DNA of 61,910 nucleotides from a virus (Duplodnaviria; Caudoviricetes): IMG/VR virus record IMGVR_UViG_3300000234_000005, positions 1 to 61,910 of that record; one strand, 5' to 3'. Shown piece by piece: positions 56,798 to 61,910 of this stretch (position 1 is its first letter; each line of letters starts with the position of its first letter). The notes under the pieces were generated by a model. It saw only the letters and a program-made list of their open reading frames with translations, ran no database searches and was not told where the DNA came from. The position numbers and the translations under genes were made by a program.

Positions 56798-57127
56798 ATG
56801 GGATACTACACAGATTTTAATTTAGCTATTATTGAAGGTCCAGACGTACTAACTATTAACCCTAACCAAACTAATTTTGATGAAGATTTTAGGAACATTA
56901 CAGGCTACCACCTTGATGAGCTTATTAATGCCAAATGGTATGACTATAATAATAACATGATAAAGCTAAGTCAAATGTATCCGACCTCACTATTTTTACT
57001 GGAAGGTATTGGAGAAGAGGGAGGTGATTATTGGAGAACATATTACTATAATGGTAATTATCAACGAATTGAAGCTAAAATAATTTTTGATTCCCCCGAC
57101 TTACAAAAACTAAAAGGTATAACATGA
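56798..57127 (+). CDS. Conserved hypothetical phage protein
   Basis: MGYYT.F.L...KWYD....M..LS..YP..LF.L.G.GEE..D.WR.YY.NG motif. Confidence 0.7.
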   Translation: MGYYTDFNLAIIEGPDVLTINPNQTNFDEDFRNITGYHLDELINAKWYDYNNNMIKLSQMYPTSLFLLEGIGEEGGDYWRTYYYNGNYQRIEAKIIFDSPDLQKLKGIT

Positions 57128-57504
57128 AACTAATCCTAGATTCAGAATCTGATCAAATCACATACATTAACTATTTATTTGAAGCCAACAAATTATTCAA
57201 ACTATTTAAAGAAATTACTTTAGAAGATGAAGAAATCACTGAATTCTTGCAGTATGTTAATGACAAAAGTAATACCGAAGAAGAAGAAGACTACTGCGAA
57301 CCAATTGATGAAAGTCGAGCACGCAAGCGTTGGTCTTCGGCTGAAAAATCCGAGCTTCTTCAATATGTTAACGCAAATATTTCTCTTCCAGAAATTGCAA
57401 ATCGTATGCAACGAACTATTGAAAGTGTTCGAAAAATGGCGCGTTCAGACCTAGACGCTGCATACAACAGCAAAACTCAATCTTGGGAAGATATTCCTTT
57501 CTAA
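57124..57504 (+). CDS. Hypothetical protein with Myb/HTH-like C-terminus
   Basis: RW...E...L........EIA..MQRT..SV. Confidence 0.6.
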   Translation: MKLILDSESDQITYINYLFEANKLFKLFKEITLEDEEITEFLQYVNDKSNTEEEEDYCEPIDESRARKRWSSAEKSELLQYVNANISLPEIANRMQRTIESVRKMARSDLDAAYNSKTQSWEDIPF

Positions 57505-57518
57505 CTTATAGGTATATT

Positions 57519-58181
57519 ATGGCTATTAAACTCTTAATTTCTGGATTAACAAATTCTGGAAAAACCACCTTAACTAAAAATCTTCGTGATTCATTAGTTA
57601 TTTCTCATGACGGAAAAAAATACCCTTTTTCCACACCTCACGCCTCAATTTCAACATTTTCAACTACTGATGATTTAGTTACATTTGTAACATCCAAAAT
57701 TGAAGCATATAATGACAAGTATGGTAGCTACCCACAAACTATTGTATTTGATTCTGTCAGCAGAATTTTTGATACTCTAAGCGACGCGTGCAATACTAAA
57801 TTTAGTGGGTTCACTATTTATAGCGAGCTTGATAAAAATATCAAAAAATTTACTTCATTTATTGAAGATTCTCTAATCGCCAGTGGTATAAATGTAGTTA
57901 TTCTTTCACATGCTACGTATGATTCAGAAGAATCAAAATACTACTTAGTAGGTAAAGGCTCATTCAACAAAATCGGAGGATTTTTATCTGTAGTAGATTA
58001 TGCTCTATTTATTGAACTAAAAGCCAATAAACGCATCATCCATTTCCGCAGTACTAAATTCCCAGCGCGAACTCTCCAAGAAACCGACCCTGATTCTATG
58101 GATGTAGCAGACTTCATCTTAAGTGATTACATTAATTACTTATCTGAAGTCTCCACAGACGTAGATGAATACTCTCTTTAA
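57519..58181 (+). CDS. Sak4/AAA_24-like ATPase (N4 gp44-like)
   Basis: Start re-assigned to MAIKLLISG; GLTNSGKTT, IVFDS; lies next to SSB. Confidence 0.78.
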   Translation: MAIKLLISGLTNSGKTTLTKNLRDSLVISHDGKKYPFSTPHASISTFSTTDDLVTFVTSKIEAYNDKYGSYPQTIVFDSVSRIFDTLSDACNTKFSGFTIYSELDKNIKKFTSFIEDSLIASGINVVILSHATYDSEESKYYLVGKGSFNKIGGFLSVVDYALFIELKANKRIIHFRSTKFPARTLQETDPDSMDVADFILSDYINYLSEVSTDVDEYSL

Positions 58182-58208
58182 TTTAATAAACAACCAAAGG
58201 AACTAACC

Positions 58209-58862
58209 ATGAATTTTAAAATCTCAACCAAAAAACAAGACATTGCCGAAGCATCTAGCTCTTACATGAACAAATCTGGCATTTATGACTGTATTATTAA
58301 CTTCGCTTCTCTTGCAGTAAGCAAAGGCGGAGCAGAGTCTGTAAATTTCAACGTAGAATATAACAGTAACCCTGCTACCATCTACGGCCCATACATCACC
58401 GATAAATCCGATCAACCTCTCGAAATTGGTAGAAAACTAATTCACAAACTCGGTGTAATCGCCGGACTTACTGACGGTGATGAACTCGAAGTTGAAGAAG
58501 AAGAACATGCAGTTGGCAAAGATAACAAAGAGCAGACTTTCTCTGTTATCCAACAATTTTCTGGTCTCCCTGTCAAAATTCATCTTCAAGAAGAATATTC
58601 AAAATATGAAGGTGAAATTCGCAAAGCTATGGTTATCAAAGCTTTCTTCCGTGAAGATGGTGCATCAGCCGAAGAGATTAATAACGAATCTGAAATTGGC
58701 AAGCGTCTAACCCAAGTAACTGAAAAATATGCTAACAATATCACCTACAAGGATGGACTAACTCCCGAGGATATTGAGGATTGGGCAGCCAATAGAAGCT
58801 CTGCAAAGAAAACTACCCCGGTAGCTACAGCACCTAAAAAGCCACTGTTTGGCCGCAAGTAA
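58209..58862 (+). CDS. ssb: Single-stranded DNA-binding protein (N4 gp45-like)
   Basis: SGIYDC.I..A....SKGGA..V N-terminus and a ...KPLFG C-terminus; synteny after the Sak4-like gene. Confidence 0.7.
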   Translation: MNFKISTKKQDIAEASSSYMNKSGIYDCIINFASLAVSKGGAESVNFNVEYNSNPATIYGPYITDKSDQPLEIGRKLIHKLGVIAGLTDGDELEVEEEEHAVGKDNKEQTFSVIQQFSGLPVKIHLQEEYSKYEGEIRKAMVIKAFFREDGASAEEINNESEIGKRLTQVTEKYANNITYKDGLTPEDIEDWAANRSSAKKTTPVATAPKKPLFGRK

Positions 58863-58925
58863 CTTTTAGTAACTACGTAGGGTGTATTTATTGCACCCTT
58901 CTAATAATTACTAAAAGGAATTACT

Positions 58926-61703
58926 ATGAACCTAACAACGGAACAACAGACAATCGTATCCCACATTAAAACTATTGACCCGGTAGATGAATCAATAGTT
59001 TTAATAGATTCAGTAGCAGGCAGTGGGAAAACTACATTACTAGTTAACATAGCTAAGGAACTAGACTTACCCAATGGCCTATACTTAGCCTACAACAAAT
59101 CTATTGCTACAGAAGCGAAGAAGAAATTTCCCAAGTCAGTAAATTGCAGTACTACTCACTCTTTAGCATATCAAGCAGTAGTCAAACCCTACAATTTACT
59201 ATTGGGTGATTTCTCCTACCGCTCTATCAAAGAACGAATTACTTACGAACATAAACTTGAAATAGTAAATCTTATCAAAGAATTCTGTCTTAGCAGATTT
59301 CTTGACTTCGACTCATTTGCCGAAGATGCGTCGCAATTAGTTACTATAACTCCTTTCACTATCTCATTATGCAATTCTTACTTAGCTAAGATGTATTCTT
59401 CAGAAATTGAATGTACTCATGACTTCTACCTAAAAGTATTCCACTTAGCCTTAGCAGATAACCTTATTGATTATCCCCCCTTTAGCTACGTAATGCTTGA
59501 TGAATGTGTAGTTGGCAGAACCGGTATCAAAACCGATAACGGTGTAATGTCCATTACTTCTTTATATAATTTATACTCTAAAGGTAAGAAATTACCGCTT
59601 GCAAAATCGTATAACCATAAAACAGGGGTATTTGAGTATAAACCGATTGTAGAAGTATTTAGTAATGGTAAAAAAGATACCCTAACCGTAACAACTACTT
59701 CTGGTATTAAGCTTAAAGCTACAGCAAACCATAAAGTAATGACGCAGCGGGGGTATGTCGAAATCTCTAACCTAGTCCCTTTAAAAGACTATATAGTATC
59801 AGACACTCTAACTAGTTATGTAGAATCTGTTATTGAAGGAAAAGCTGAGAAAGTTTATGATTTATCGGTATTAGATAACAATAATTACATCACCACTTCA
59901 ACTGCAGGTAAAGATTGTTCATCTGGATTGTTAGTACATAATTGTGGTGATGTGAACGAAGTAACTCTTGAAATATTCAAATTACTTCCTGCCAAAATCA
60001 AAATTGGAACTGGTGATGCCTGTATCCCCGGGCATGTTAAGGTTTTAACAGATAAAGGTTGGCGTACAATGTCCTCTGTTCATAACCATGTAAAAGAAGG
60101 GTCTTCGGTATTAGTGAAGTCTTATAATCATGTAACTAATGAATTTGAATTTAAACCAGTACTCGCATCTGTGAATAATGGTGTAAAGCCTACTTTGAAA
60201 TTTAGCACGACAAGATCAACTTTTGAGTGTACGGATAACCACAAAATACTTACTCCTCAAGGGTATACAGAAGCCGGTAGTCTAAAAGTAGGTGACATCA
60301 TTTTAAAAGATGGTTCTTCAGAGCTTAAATCAGTAAAAAGAATGCTTAATAAAGACCAGTGGCATGTATTGTTAGGTAGCTTTTTAGGAGATGGTAATTT
60401 ACATAAATGCAGTAATTCGGGTAAAGAATTACGTTTACGTTTAGGCCATTCCGAAAAACAGCTACCTTATTTACAATGGAAAGCTCACGCAATGGGCGGC
60501 GTAGCAGTAAAAACTACTGATGCAATGATAAAAACTATTAAGGATGTATCTTGCAATATATCTAGTCAGTATACGTTTACATCTAAAGTATTTGTTTTAG
60601 ACAGAGCTATGACTTTAGCATCAGTACGCCACCTAAACCCTTTATCATTAGCTATTTGGGTAATGGATGATGGCTCTATTAAAAACAAATACAAAGACCC
60701 AGATAAAAATTTTAGTATTACTATTGACAGCAATAATTTTTCTTTAAGAGAAAATGAGTTTTTTGCTAAAGTACTGAAAAAGAACTTTGGCTTAGATACT
60801 ACCATACAAAGAACTAGAGATTACTACAGACTATCATTTAATTCGGTTAATACTAATAAGCTTATAGATATTATTAAGCCTTATATTAATGAATGTTTTA
60901 TAGGCAAGTTTATACACAAGCCCGTAACCATACTGCCACTAGATAATAAGTTTAGTTCTTACGCCGCAGACGTAATTTCTGGCATTGCACCTGTTAAGTC
61001 TTGCGAAGTATTTGATATTACCGTAAAAGATAACCACAATTTTATAGTTTCTAGTACAGCACAAAAAACTAGCGCTTCTGGGGTGATAGTTCATAATTGC
61101 CAAAATATTTATCAATTCAATCACACAATCAACGCATTTGATGTACTAAAAGATTCAGCCACTATCTTTAGCATGACTAAATCTTTCCGTGTATCCTCAC
61201 TAATTGCAGTAGAAATCGAGCAATTTGTTCAAAAATATATAGACCCTAGTATGCAATTTGAAGGCACACCAATTAGTGATAAATCAATCAGTTCAAGAGC
61301 TTTTATATCGAGAACTAACTCAACACTAATTGCAAAAATGATTGAGCTACAAAAATCTGATACTCCATATACTTTACTGCGTAGGGTAGATGATATTTTT
61401 AAACATGCCTTAATGGTATCCTCATTTAAATATCAGGGAACTATTTTAGATTCAACTTATAAACATGTTCAAGAAGACATTGATAATTTTTATGAAGAAC
61501 TTTTGCCTTTAAACAAAAATGCTAAGCTACTTCCATATTTACTTCAACTTCACGAACATGATTTTACTCTCCAACGAGCTATCAAGTTAGTATTACAACA
61601 TGGACCAAAAGCTATCTACTCTGCCTATGACTATGCCAAATCTCATGAAACTAAAACTACTAGTAATAGTTTAGTACTAGCAACAGCTCACTCTGTTAAG
61701 GGT
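58926..61703 (+). CDS. SF1 (UvrD-like) helicase, exon 1, with two inteins; continues beyond the window
   Basis: AGSGKTT, LAYNK, TTHSLA, LDE|CGD, GDA|CQNIY, SFR, SRTN, TAHSVKG| (motif V cut by an intron). Confidence 0.9.
59505..59942 (+). mobile_element. Mini-intein in helicase Walker B (146 aa)
   Basis: MLDE|CVVGRT...ATANHK...VYDLSV...LLVHN|CGD. Confidence 0.92.
60021..61097 (+). mobile_element. LAGLIDADG intein in helicase motif III (359 aa)
   Basis: TGDA|CIPGH...CTDNHK...LLGSFLGDG...LAIWVMDDG...VFDITV...VIVHN|CQNIY. Confidence 0.92.
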
Positions 61704-61910
61704 TAACTACCCATTTTATAAATTATTTGGAAATATAAAATGTAAGCCCCTGTATAGAGTAATCTATACTAGCAAATTTCTTTAATTGCTGGAAACTCCA
61801 GTTAATCTTACCGTAGGATATTACACAGTAATGATGTAACGACCCCTAAAAATCTGTAAGCTATGGACAATCAGCAGCCGAGTAACCTTCTTCAGGTTAC
61901 GGGTTCAACG
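61704..61910 (+). mobile_element. Group I intron in helicase motif V (truncated by the window end)
   Basis: In-frame TAA directly after KG; P2 GTATAGA/TCTATAC; P AATTGCTGGAAA; Q AATCAGCAGCC; start of R GGTTCAACG. Confidence 0.85.

Overview
The window is a large part of an AT-rich, N4-like (Schitoviridae-related) lytic phage genome. The host is Gram-negative, since spanins are present, but it cannot be identified from the sequence. Bases 1-18.4 kb (minus strand) hold the late genes: portal, lysis cassette, tail fibre and chaperone, adaptor, and large and small terminase. A non-coding switch region at about 18.4-18.95 kb probably marks the physical genome end. Bases 18.95-61.9 kb (plus strand) hold the early and middle genes: a single-chain T7/N4-type RNA polymerase, a tRNA/ncRNA cluster, RNA repair enzymes, nucleotide metabolism genes, rIIA/rIIB, primase, SSB and an SF1 helicase. 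The genome is loaded with self-splicing elements. There are six inteins (portal, TerL x2, ThyX, helicase x2) and four group I introns (RNAP x2, primase, helicase); splice sites are reconstructed here for three introns, and only the 5' site for the truncated helicase intron. The most striking candidate system is a Ro60/TROVE-related DUF2828-type gene flanked by four stem-closed RNAs sharing an ACAGCAA motif. One of these is a circularly permuted tRNA mimic with Y-RNA (YrlA)-like architecture, and the locus sits beside tRNAs and tRNA healing/sealing enzymes. Other highlights are an HNH endonuclease hidden in an alternative reading frame inside a TerL intein, and an unexplained ~310-nt pseudoknot-rich RNA. 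All family assignments come from motif recognition by eye; no database search was run.
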